Assembly (NCBI GenBank): GCA_947628205.1
Contig: CANQYX010000004.1
Location: forward strand, 1 to 46,633
DNA from: an uncultured Clostridia bacterium
GTDB lineage: Bacteria; Bacillota; Clostridia; Christensenellales; UBA1242
Reading direction: 5' to 3'
Length of the DNA: 46,633 nucleotides
Shown: one piece after another, positions 26,251-34,208 of the stretch
How positions within the stretch are numbered: the stretch's first letter is position 1
Layout of the letters: every line of letters starts with the position of its first letter
The notes under the pieces: model-generated
Seen by the model: only the letters and a program-made list of their open reading frames with translations
Told to the model about the DNA's origin: nothing
Database searches by the model: none
Made by a program: the position numbers and the translations under genes

Positions 26251-27511
26251 CACCATTTTTTCGCCACGCAAACTTGTTGTGCTGTTTTTAATTATTTTGG
26301 CCGTTTTAACCGTGCCAAAACTTGATGCCCCTGCCATGAGCCAAACGGATGCAATTGTAACCATGCTGTGCATGGATTTAGATGGGCAAGATGTGGTTAT
26401 GTCGGCAACCGTTTTAACGCCGGGGCAGGACAATGTTGCCAACTACCAAGTTTTTAAAGGCAAGGGCAAAACCTTTGGCACGGCGGTGGATTCGCTTTCA
26501 ATAACCATGGGCAAGGAAATGGGTTTTGCTCAGTGCGAGGTGGTTGCCATGGGCGAAAAGTTATGCGAAAGCGGCGTTATGCCCGCGTTAGATTATCTAA
26601 CACGCACCAAAAAGGTGGGCAGAAATTCTTATCTTATTGCCTTTAAGGGCGATGTGGAAGAGTTTTCGCAAGCAATGGCGGATTTAAGCAAGGAAAAATC
26701 GCTTACCCTTGAAAATATTATGAATTTCGACAGCCGATATATCGTTTCGCAGGATAGCAATATAGAAAGTTTTTACACCGGCTATTTTAGCGACATTTCG
26801 CTTGGCCTTATGCCAAAAGTTAGTTTGGAAACTGAGCAGCAGGATAGCGCAATCAAAATTGAGGGGCAAGATTCATCGTCTAGCGGCGGTGGCGGCGGCG
26901 GAAGTTCGGGTGGTTCGGGCGGTGGCACAAGCGGTGGCTCGGGTGGCGGACAGCAAAACCAGGGCAAATTCTTTTTAAACGATGGCAGTGTTACAGTTTT
27001 TAAAAAGGGCAAAAAGTTTATAGATTTAACCACCGAGCAGGTGCAAAAAGTAAACTTTTTTGTTAACAACGCCCAGCAAGGCACAATCGTTTTAGAAAAT
27101 GTGGATGACGAACTTTACAACAATTCCACCGTGCTTGTGGATATTGTTAGAAAAAAGAATTTTATTTCAGTGCGCTTTGATGGCGACACACCAGTGTATA
27201 AATCTACAATGGAATTGGTGGTGTTCGTGGAAGAGGTTGACGAAAACAATCCGTCCAAAAAAATGTTAAAACGCAACAACGAGTTTTTAACCAACAATTT
27301 AATAGAACGCATTAAACAAAATGTAACCGGACAGATGGAAGAAATTGTGGAATTTTGCAAAACAAACCAGATGGATTTGTTTCAAGCTTATCAGCATTTT
27401 TACAAAATAAACAACAAGCCATTTAAAAAATATTTAAACCGCGTTGGTAAAGAGAACTTTTTAACCGATGTTAAGTTTGAATATGAAATTAAAGTTAGCA
27501 ATGAATATTAA
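26237..27511 (+). CDS. Spore germination receptor subunit C (Ger(x)C family), atypical
   Basis: Position in the operon (14-nt overlap with subunit B). N-terminal hydrophobic segment followed by AIVTMLCMDLDG (the equivalent of the GerC a.v.alGiD block). Lacks a lipobox Cys and carries a 26-aa Gly/Ser insert. Confidence 0.6.
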   Translation: MKKLNTIFSPRKLVVLFLIILAVLTVPKLDAPAMSQTDAIVTMLCMDLDGQDVVMSATVLTPGQDNVANYQVFKGKGKTFGTAVDSLSITMGKEMGFAQCEVVAMGEKLCESGVMPALDYLTRTKKVGRNSYLIAFKGDVEEFSQAMADLSKEKSLTLENIMNFDSRYIVSQDSNIESFYTGYFSDISLGLMPKVSLETEQQDSAIKIEGQDSSSSGGGGGGSSGGSGGGTSGGSGGGQQNQGKFFLNDGSVTVFKKGKKFIDLTTEQVQKVNFFVNNAQQGTIVLENVDDELYNNSTVLVDIVRKKNFISVRFDGDTPVYKSTMELVVFVEEVDENNPSKKMLKRNNEFLTNNLIERIKQNVTGQMEEIVEFCKTNQMDLFQAYQHFYKINNKPFKKYLNRVGKENFLTDVKFEYEIKVSNEY

Positions 27512-27513
27512 TT

Positions 27514-27539
27514 ATGAGGGAGATAACCCCTCATTTTTA
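27514..27539 (+). terminator. Terminator of the ger operon
   Basis: atgaggg-agataac-ccctcat followed by tttt. Confidence 0.7.
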
Positions 27540-27610
27540 ATAAAAACAGTCAGTTGCGCGGATTTAATTTAAAATTTTTAAAAAATTTTTAATTTTTTAG
27601 TTAAAATCGC

Positions 27611-27641
27611 TTGACAGGGGGGGGGGGCAACGTGCTAACAT
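27611..27641 (+). promoter_or_regulatory. Promoter with an 11-nt poly-G tract in the spacer
   Basis: TTGACA (27611-27616), G x11 (27617-27627), caacg, TGc-TAACAT (27633-27641, extended -10). The spacer is 19 nt as written. Confidence 0.55.
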
Positions 27642-27708
27642 GAATATATAGGGCAAAAATGTGGAAAAATAAATAACCACATAAAAAACAGCACAGGGTG
27701 GAGGAAAG

Positions 27709-28854
27709 ATGTTTAAATCTCGAACAAAATTTTTAACAATTATGGCATGCCTTTCATTTTTGCTGGCATGCGGAACATTTGTTTTTTGCTTAGATCGCCA
27801 ACAACTCGATGGCAGTGTTAACATTCAATACACCGCGTCGAAAGATTTTTTAACTTACAAATTAAATACTGCACAGAATGGTTGGGTTGTAACTGGTTTT
27901 TCTGAAAACAAAAGAGAAGGTAGAACCGCAATTGAAATCCCCAATGAGCATATTCAAGACGGTAAATCCTTACCTGTTACAGAGGTTGGTTCAAGCGCGT
28001 TCTACTCCAAGTCTATTTTTACAAGTGTAAAGATTGGGGATAATGTAACGACAATTGCACTTTATGCATTTGGAGGCTGTACCGGTTTAACAAATTTGGC
28101 AATAGGAAATAAAGTAACTATAATTAACGCATCCGCTTTTAGCAATTGCACAAGTTTAACACATTTATCAATCCCCTCTAGTGTAACGACTATTGATACA
28201 AATGCATTTTATAATTGCAAAGGAATAAAAGGGGATCTTATCATTCCAGATAGTGTAACCCGTTTAGGTAATGGTGCGTTTCAATCTTGTGCGGGGATAG
28301 AAAATGTAATTATAGGGTCGGGTCTTAAAACCATGGGAAATGATGTTTTTGACGATTGTTCTTCTTTAAAAACTGTAACGATTAATTTCGGAATTACATA
28401 TATAGGAAGTCACGCTTTTGCTGATTGCACTCAATTGATAGACGTTCAAATGCCGGAAAGCATAATTGATATTTATTCTTATGCATTTTACCGTTGTTCT
28501 GCATTAAAAAGAATCAATATCCCAACTAGTGTAGTCAATATAAAAGTAGATGCTTTTTGTGGAACAGGATTAACCAGTGTAACTATACCAGCTGCTGTAA
28601 ATTTTATTGATGCCTTCTTTAATTGTGAAAAATTAAACGAAGTGATTATTGATAGTCCAACAATATATAAAGCTGTCTCGAGTGAATATGACAGTAATGG
28701 AAGTTTAACATATTACATCAAAACCGGCGGAACAATTAAAATATTACAAACAATTGACGATAATTCAAACACTTATTTGAACGATAGAGCAAATTTTACC
28801 AAATCTACAACTACAATTGATGGAAAATCGTATAACGTTTACACAAAAAAATAA
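27709..28854 (+). CDS. BspA-type leucine-rich-repeat (LRR_5) surface protein, probable lipoprotein
   Basis: N-terminus MFKSRTKFLTIMACLSFLLACGT has a lipobox-like LLAC. Repeated IP.SVT.I...AF..C..L modules (e.g. VTEVGSSAFYS, VTTIALYAFGGCTGLTNLAIGNKVTIINASAFSNCTSLTHLSIPSSVTTIDTNAFYNC). RBS ggaggaaag. Confidence 0.8.
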   Translation: MFKSRTKFLTIMACLSFLLACGTFVFCLDRQQLDGSVNIQYTASKDFLTYKLNTAQNGWVVTGFSENKREGRTAIEIPNEHIQDGKSLPVTEVGSSAFYSKSIFTSVKIGDNVTTIALYAFGGCTGLTNLAIGNKVTIINASAFSNCTSLTHLSIPSSVTTIDTNAFYNCKGIKGDLIIPDSVTRLGNGAFQSCAGIENVIIGSGLKTMGNDVFDDCSSLKTVTINFGITYIGSHAFADCTQLIDVQMPESIIDIYSYAFYRCSALKRINIPTSVVNIKVDAFCGTGLTSVTIPAAVNFIDAFFNCEKLNEVIIDSPTIYKAVSSEYDSNGSLTYYIKTGGTIKILQTIDDNSNTYLNDRANFTKSTTTIDGKSYNVYTKK

Positions 28855-28875
28855 GAGGCAATTGCCTCTTTTTTA
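28854..28875 (+). terminator. Terminator of the LRR gene
   Basis: agaggcaa/ttgcctct palindrome followed by ttttttatt. Confidence 0.75.
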
Positions 28876-28878
28876 TTA

Positions 28879-29170
28879 GTCATGTTGAGCGAACGCGGGG
28901 CCCCCACAAGAACTTTGTTTGCAGTGGGGTTATAAGTGAGTCGAAACAACTAGATCCTTCGCTTTTACCCCATTTCAAATAAAATTCTCATGGGGACCCC
29001 GAACGCTCAGGATGACTTGTTCAACACAATGCACACATATTGTCATTCTGAGCGAAGTGAAGAATCTAAAAAAAGAGGCGAAATGCCTCTTTTTATGTTG
29101 AGATTGCCACGGCAAAATCATGGTGATTTTGCCTCGCAATGACAAGATCCTTCGACAGGCTCAGGATGAC
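28879..29170. repeat. Mosaic cluster of nested S-, G- and A-family hairpin units
   Basis: Six parts. 28879-28951: GT/AC S-unit split by a G-unit (28896-28930). 28952-29016: CC/GG S-unit split by a G-unit (28967-29001). 29042-29067: TC/GA S-unit. 29070-29095: extra hairpin aaaaaagaggcgaaatgcctcttttt. 29100-29143: 44-nt A-unit. 29145-29170: CC/GG S-unit ending 3 nt from the pheT stop. Confidence 0.85.
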
Positions 29171-29173
29171 AAA

Positions 29174-31549
29174 TTATTGCCTTAAAGTAAAGCCGGCGCG
29201 CTCAATTGTTTTTATGAAATATGCGCTGAATTTTTCTATGTCGGTTGAAGTTAGCGTTTTATCCTTTGGCGTTATTGTTATATTTATGGTGTAACTTATT
29301 TTGCCCTTTAAATCGGCGTCATTAGTGTAAACATCTTTTAGGTTATATTCAAGCAAATAGTTGCAGCGGAAGTTTTTAATTGCGCGCTCAAGGGTGGCAT
29401 ATTTTGTGTTAGATTCTGCCACAAAGTTGAAATCTAGGCTGACCGCTTGGAACTTGCTGGTTGGCACAATTTTTTGAGTTTGTTTTGGTGCGGAGAGCAA
29501 TTTGTTTATATCCAATTCAAGCGCGGCAAAATGTTTGCGCTTATCTATCTTTTTGGCTATTGTTGGGTGCAAAATGCCCATTTCGCCAATTGTTAAATTG
29601 CCCGAAGTTATTGCGCAAGAATTTATTGGGTGCAAAATTTTGCTGGTTGAAGCGTTTTCAAAATTAATTTCGCAACCAACAAGTGAGTGGGCAATATGCT
29701 CAACAATTTGTTTAAGTTTAAAGTATAATGCTTTTTCGCTTTCTGGGCTGGCAAGCACAATTGAAAGTTTTTTCTTTTCCACAACCAAATTGTTTTGGTC
29801 TAGTTCGTCAAAGGTGCGGCCGATTTCAAAAATTTGAATGTTCGCAAACTTATTTTTGTTTTCGTCGGCAAATTTAAGCAAGGTTGGGGTTAGGGTAACG
29901 CGCAGGCCGCTCTGTCCGCTTTTTGAGGCGTCCATAAGGTGAACAACCGGTTTATCCTCAATGCCAAGCGATTTGTTGAAGTCGGCATAATTCCAAACAT
30001 AACTATGCACCTCGTTCAAGCCAAACTTGCTTGCAAGCGCGTATTTAATTTCATATTCAATTTCGTGGGTTGGAATTTTATCCACCGGCGTTAGTGGCAT
30101 GGACATGGTTGAACTTTTGATGTTGTCGTAGCCATACATTCTAAACACTTCTTCAACCAAATCTTCTTTAATAGAAACATCTTTTGTGCCGCGGTAACTT
30201 GGCACAATTACCTCCAATTTCTGCCCGCTAACTTTAACTGAAAAGCCCAGGCGAGTTAAAATATCCGCAATTTGTTTTGCGCTAAGCTCAACACCGCCGC
30301 GGCGCGAAATGAAGTCCGCATCCGTTTTTATTGTGTGGGTTGGATATTTAAAATTGTAGACATCCGTGAAACTTGATGTAACTTTCACATCGCCGTCAAT
30401 TTGCTTTAAAAGATATAGCAAGCGGGCAAGCGCGGTTTGGGTCATTTCTGGGTCAAGCGATTTTTCGTAACGTAGGCTTGCATCGGTTATAAGGCCAATT
30501 TTGCGGCTGGTTTTGCGGATGGACATGCTATCGAAACAGGCACTTTCCAAAAGTAAACTATTTGTGCTTTCGCTTATGCTATCCTTTAAGCCACCCTTAA
30601 TGCCGGCAATTGCAACCGGCTCGCGCTTATCGTCACAAATTACAACCGAATTTGGCTCGATTGTGTGGGTGGTGTGTTCAAGCGTTTCCATGGCAAGCGG
30701 CTTTGCGTTTTCAATAACGGTTATTCCACGCACTTTGGCATGGTCAAACGCGTGCATTGGCTGGCCAAGTTCAAGCATTAAATAGTTGGTCAAGTCGGCA
30801 AGCAGGTTGATGTCGCGCATGCCGCAATAGTTAAGACGAAGTTTAATAAGCGGCGTGGCAAACTTTTTTGAAATGTTTTCCACCGCAATGCCCGAATATC
30901 TAAAACAATTTTTGGTTTCCACCTTAATGTTGAGTTTTGGCAAATTTTCGTAAGCCGACAAATCGTCCACAGCAAGCGGTTTAAGCGGGCGGTTGAAAAT
31001 TGCAGCAAACTCGCGCGCAATGCCATAATGCCCCCACAAATCCGGGCGGTTGGTTAGTGACTTATTGTCAATTTCAATAAGCACATCGTCAACTGGCAAG
31101 AAATCGTGAATGTCCGTGCCAATTTTTGCACTATCGTCAAGTTCAACAATGCCAGAAGTGTCCGCCTCAATGCCAAGTTCGTGGCCGCCGCAGCACATGC
31201 CGTTGCTGTCTATGCCAACCATTTTAACTGGCTTAATTTTCATGTCCTTAACTTGTCCACCGACGCGCGCAAAAAAGGTTTTAAGCCCAACGCGCACATT
31301 TGGCGCACTGCAAACAACTTGCACAGGCGCACCCGAGCCATCGTCCACCGTTAAAACGTGCAAATGGTCGCTTTTCGGGTGGTTTTCCACCGACAAAATT
31401 TTGGCAACCACAATGTTTTTTAGGTTGCTGCCCAGATGGGTTACGCTTTCAATTTCGGCTGTACTCAGACCAAAGCGCTTGGTGAGTTCATCAACTTCAA
31501 TTCCGCTTAGGTCAACAAATTCTTTTATCCAATTTAGTGATATTAACAT
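29174..31549 (-). CDS. pheT: Phenylalanine--tRNA ligase beta subunit
   Basis: MLISLNWIKEFV start, tRNA-binding domain, B3/4 and B5 domains, C-terminal FDX-ACB-like region. 791 aa, directly downstream of pheS. Confidence 0.95.
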   Translation of the reverse strand: MLISLNWIKEFVDLSGIEVDELTKRFGLSTAEIESVTHLGSNLKNIVVAKILSVENHPKSDHLHVLTVDDGSGAPVQVVCSAPNVRVGLKTFFARVGGQVKDMKIKPVKMVGIDSNGMCCGGHELGIEADTSGIVELDDSAKIGTDIHDFLPVDDVLIEIDNKSLTNRPDLWGHYGIAREFAAIFNRPLKPLAVDDLSAYENLPKLNIKVETKNCFRYSGIAVENISKKFATPLIKLRLNYCGMRDINLLADLTNYLMLELGQPMHAFDHAKVRGITVIENAKPLAMETLEHTTHTIEPNSVVICDDKREPVAIAGIKGGLKDSISESTNSLLLESACFDSMSIRKTSRKIGLITDASLRYEKSLDPEMTQTALARLLYLLKQIDGDVKVTSSFTDVYNFKYPTHTIKTDADFISRRGGVELSAKQIADILTRLGFSVKVSGQKLEVIVPSYRGTKDVSIKEDLVEEVFRMYGYDNIKSSTMSMPLTPVDKIPTHEIEYEIKYALASKFGLNEVHSYVWNYADFNKSLGIEDKPVVHLMDASKSGQSGLRVTLTPTLLKFADENKNKFANIQIFEIGRTFDELDQNNLVVEKKKLSIVLASPESEKALYFKLKQIVEHIAHSLVGCEINFENASTSKILHPINSCAITSGNLTIGEMGILHPTIAKKIDKRKHFAALELDINKLLSAPKQTQKIVPTSKFQAVSLDFNFVAESNTKYATLERAIKNFRCNYLLEYNLKDVYTNDADLKGKISYTINITITPKDKTLTSTDIEKFSAYFIKTIERAGFTLRQ

Positions 31550-31560
31550 TTTTCTTTCTC

Positions 31561-32589
31561 CTATTTAACTCCAAATTGTTTTAGAAGTTTCAAATTTCCG
31601 CTGTTTAGTTCGCGAATGTCGTTTAGGTTGGTGGATAGCATGGTCATTCTGTCCAACCCCAAACCGAACGCGCAGCCGCTGAATTTTTCTGGGTCTATGC
31701 CGCTATTGCGCAAAACTTGCGGGTGAATCATGCCGCAAGGGCAGAGTTCAATCCAACCGCCGTTTTTGCAGGTTGGGCAGCCTTTGCCATCGCAGAACGG
31801 GCAGCGCACGTCCATTTCAAAACTAGGCTCGGTGAACGGGAAAAACCCGGGGCGCAGGCGCACTTCAACCTGCTTTTTAAAGATTTTAGATAGCATCTCT
31901 TTCATGAAATATATAAGGTTGCCAACCGAAACGTCTTTATCCACAATAACGCCTTCAAGTTGGAAGAAGGTGTTTTCGTGGCTGGCATCAACATCTTCAT
32001 TTCTAAAGCACCTGCCGGGGAATATGGCGCGAATTGGCGGCGTATATTTCTTCAAAATGCGGTTTTGCGATGCGGATGTGTGCGTTTTAAGCACTTCGCC
32101 GTTATCCAGCCAAAAAGTATCTTGCATATCGCGCGCTGGGTGGTTTTCCGGCACGTTGACGGCGGTGAAGTTGTTGTATTCGGTTTCCACCTCGTTGCCA
32201 TCCTCAACCACAAAGCCCATAGAAGTAAACACCTCCTCAATTTCGCGCTGAATAATTGTGCGTGGGTGCAAACTGCCGCACTCGGCACCGGTTGGCAAAG
32301 TGATGTCTATTTTTTCTGCCGAATTAATTTCGTTTTGGATTGCCGCGTTTGCCAACTCTTTTTCTTTGTTTGAAATTATAGCATCAATTTCGCTTTTGCC
32401 CGCGTTCAAAATTTGGCCGACCTTGCCTTTTTCTTCCGCTGGCACATCTTTAAGCTGTTTAAACAACTCGGTCAACTTGCCCGATTTGCCCAAAATTTCC
32501 ACGCGCAAGGCTTGGCAATCTGCTTGCGCATTTATACCAGATAATTTTTGAATAACATAATTTTTAATTTCATTAATTTTGTTTTGCAT
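31561..32589 (-). CDS. pheS: Phenylalanine--tRNA ligase alpha subunit
   Basis: Class II aaRS motifs (HP.R..QDTFW, FPGRCFRNE, GFAFGLGLDR-type AFGLGLDRMTML). 342 aa. RBS aaaaggagaaaatt. Confidence 0.95.
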   Translation of the reverse strand: MQNKINEIKNYVIQKLSGINAQADCQALRVEILGKSGKLTELFKQLKDVPAEEKGKVGQILNAGKSEIDAIISNKEKELANAAIQNEINSAEKIDITLPTGAECGSLHPRTIIQREIEEVFTSMGFVVEDGNEVETEYNNFTAVNVPENHPARDMQDTFWLDNGEVLKTHTSASQNRILKKYTPPIRAIFPGRCFRNEDVDASHENTFFQLEGVIVDKDVSVGNLIYFMKEMLSKIFKKQVEVRLRPGFFPFTEPSFEMDVRCPFCDGKGCPTCKNGGWIELCPCGMIHPQVLRNSGIDPEKFSGCAFGLGLDRMTMLSTNLNDIRELNSGNLKLLKQFGVK

Positions 32590-32629
32590 AATTTTCTCCT
32601 TTTAAGTTTACGGAAGGAGATTTTCTCCT

Positions 32630-34033
32630 TTATTCCGCAACGGGCAAATTGTCGCCCGAATTGTCGTCTTTGTCGTCATCTGTTTTATCTACAACCTTAC
32701 CGTTTAATGCTTTATTTAAATTTTCCAAAGCGGTGGATTTTTTAGTTTTTTGTTTTACATCAATTTCGCTTGAAGAAATATCAATTTTTTGCTGAACTTC
32801 ACTTGTTTCATAATCTAAGCCGACAAGGTCGCCAACATCGTCAAGTTTTTTGGCAATTTTTTGGCTAGATTTTGTGGCTTGTTCAAGGTTGGTGCTTGCA
32901 TCTGCCAATTTGCCTTGAGATTTTTCTAGCAACGCAACATATTTTTCAAACTCTTGTTTAAGGGTGGAGAGGAACTGCCAAATTTCGCTGCTGCGCTTTT
33001 GAATATACAGCGTTTTAAAGCCAAGTTGCAAGCTGTTTAATAGCGCGGTCAGCGTGGTTGGCCCGCACACCACAACTTTAAATTGATTTTGCAGCGTATC
33101 CAACAATTCAACGTTTCTAACCACTTCGGCATAAAGCCCTTCAATTGGCAAAAACATAACGGCAAAGTCGGTGGTTTCGGGTACATTGATATATTTTTCC
33201 TTAATAGATTTTGCCTCTTCCTTAATGCGCTTATAAAGGTTTTTTTGGCATTTTTCAATAAGGTCTTTATCTATAGTGTCGCTCGCCTCAACCAGTTTGT
33301 TGTAATCTTCAAGCGGAAATTTGCTATCTATTGGCAGATAGACATCATGCCCGTCTTTACCCGGCATGGAAACAACAAAATCCACGCGCTCTTTGCTGTT
33401 GGGTGTAACTTGAACTTGTGATTTGTATTGATTTGGCGCAAGAACTTGTTCAAGCAAGGTGGAAAGCGCAACCTCGCCCCAATTGCCGCGCGTTTTAACG
33501 TTGGAAAGCACCTTTTTAAGGTCGCCAACTCCAACCGCTAAACTTTTCATTTCGCCCAAGCCTAAATTTACGCTTTCTAGGCTCTGTTGAATTTTACTAA
33601 AACTATCGTTAAGCCGTTGCGAAAGCGAAGTGTTAAGTTTTTCATCCACCGTTTGGCGCATTTTTTCAAGCGCTTTTTCGTTTTCCTCGCGCATGTTGGT
33701 TAGCGTTTGATTTACTTGCAAGGTAAGTTTTTCAATCCTATCCTCATTTCTAAAAGTTAAATCGTTCACGCGCTTTGAAATGGCTTCAAACTCCTGTTTT
33801 TGCACCAAACTTAAATTGTTTATTGTGTTTTGAGTGGTTAACTCGCTAGCCCTTATTGTTTGAATAAACACATTTTGCAAATTGGTGTTGTTATCCTTTA
33901 CATTTTGCACAATTTGCTTTAACGAACCATCGTCTGCCGTGCCGGTTGGCTTCTTTTTATATAACACAACAAAAACAATTGTGGAGATAAGCCACGCACC
34001 AGCAAATATTGAGCCTAAAATGATTATTGACAT
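32630..34033 (-). CDS. rmuC: DNA recombination protein RmuC
   Basis: N-terminal TM helix, long coiled coil, then the C-terminal RmuC nuclease-like block (VDFVVSMPGKDGHDVYLPIDSKFPLEDY ... FAVMFLPIEGLYAEV ... VVVCGPTTLTALLNSLQLGF). Start set at ATG 34033 (MSIIILG, RBS aaggat) rather than the 47-codon upstream extension. Confidence 0.8.
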   Translation of the reverse strand: MSIIILGSIFAGAWLISTIVFVVLYKKKPTGTADDGSLKQIVQNVKDNNTNLQNVFIQTIRASELTTQNTINNLSLVQKQEFEAISKRVNDLTFRNEDRIEKLTLQVNQTLTNMREENEKALEKMRQTVDEKLNTSLSQRLNDSFSKIQQSLESVNLGLGEMKSLAVGVGDLKKVLSNVKTRGNWGEVALSTLLEQVLAPNQYKSQVQVTPNSKERVDFVVSMPGKDGHDVYLPIDSKFPLEDYNKLVEASDTIDKDLIEKCQKNLYKRIKEEAKSIKEKYINVPETTDFAVMFLPIEGLYAEVVRNVELLDTLQNQFKVVVCGPTTLTALLNSLQLGFKTLYIQKRSSEIWQFLSTLKQEFEKYVALLEKSQGKLADASTNLEQATKSSQKIAKKLDDVGDLVGLDYETSEVQQKIDISSSEIDVKQKTKKSTALENLNKALNGKVVDKTDDDKDDNSGDNLPVAE

Positions 34034-34208
34034 AGAAATCCTTAAAAAATATACTAAAATATATATAAATATATAAAAATAAAAGAAAATTGTCAAGTGA
34101 AAAGCGGAAATTTGCGCCCGATTTGCAAAATGTGGGCAAAATTTATATAAAATTTTACCATTTTGCCAAAACATTTGCTTTTTTAAAAATTTTGGATAAA
34201 ATATTTAT

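Noticed and set aside
26782-27084. Minus-strand ORF encoding a proline-rich peptide (PPPEPPLVPPPEPPELPPPPPP)
   Set aside because: It is simply the antisense reading of the Gly/Ser-encoding ggn repeats within the GerC-type gene.
27597-27824. Minus-strand 75-aa ORF spanning the poly-G/C tract
   Set aside because: It runs antisense through the promoter and 5' end of the LRR gene and has no RBS. The tract is better explained as a promoter-spacer element.
28879-29170. Small ORFs translating the repeat clusters (peptides of the VILSEAKNL / LAMT type)
   Set aside because: The units occur in both orientations and are nested. They have no RBS, and the covariation follows base-pairing rather than codon structure.
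29461-32745. Plus-strand ORFs overlapping pheT, pheS and the rmuC 3' end (61-173 aa)
   Set aside because: They are antisense shadows of highly conserved aaRS genes, with no start signals and no recognisable motifs.
34034-34174. 47-codon N-terminal extension of rmuC in the ORF track. Similar upstream extensions occur at 19816, 22357, 35364 and 43284.
   Set aside because: The extensions run through A/T-rich promoter DNA and encode Phe/Ile/Tyr-rich nonsense. Internal ATGs with proper RBSs give N-termini that match the expected protein families.
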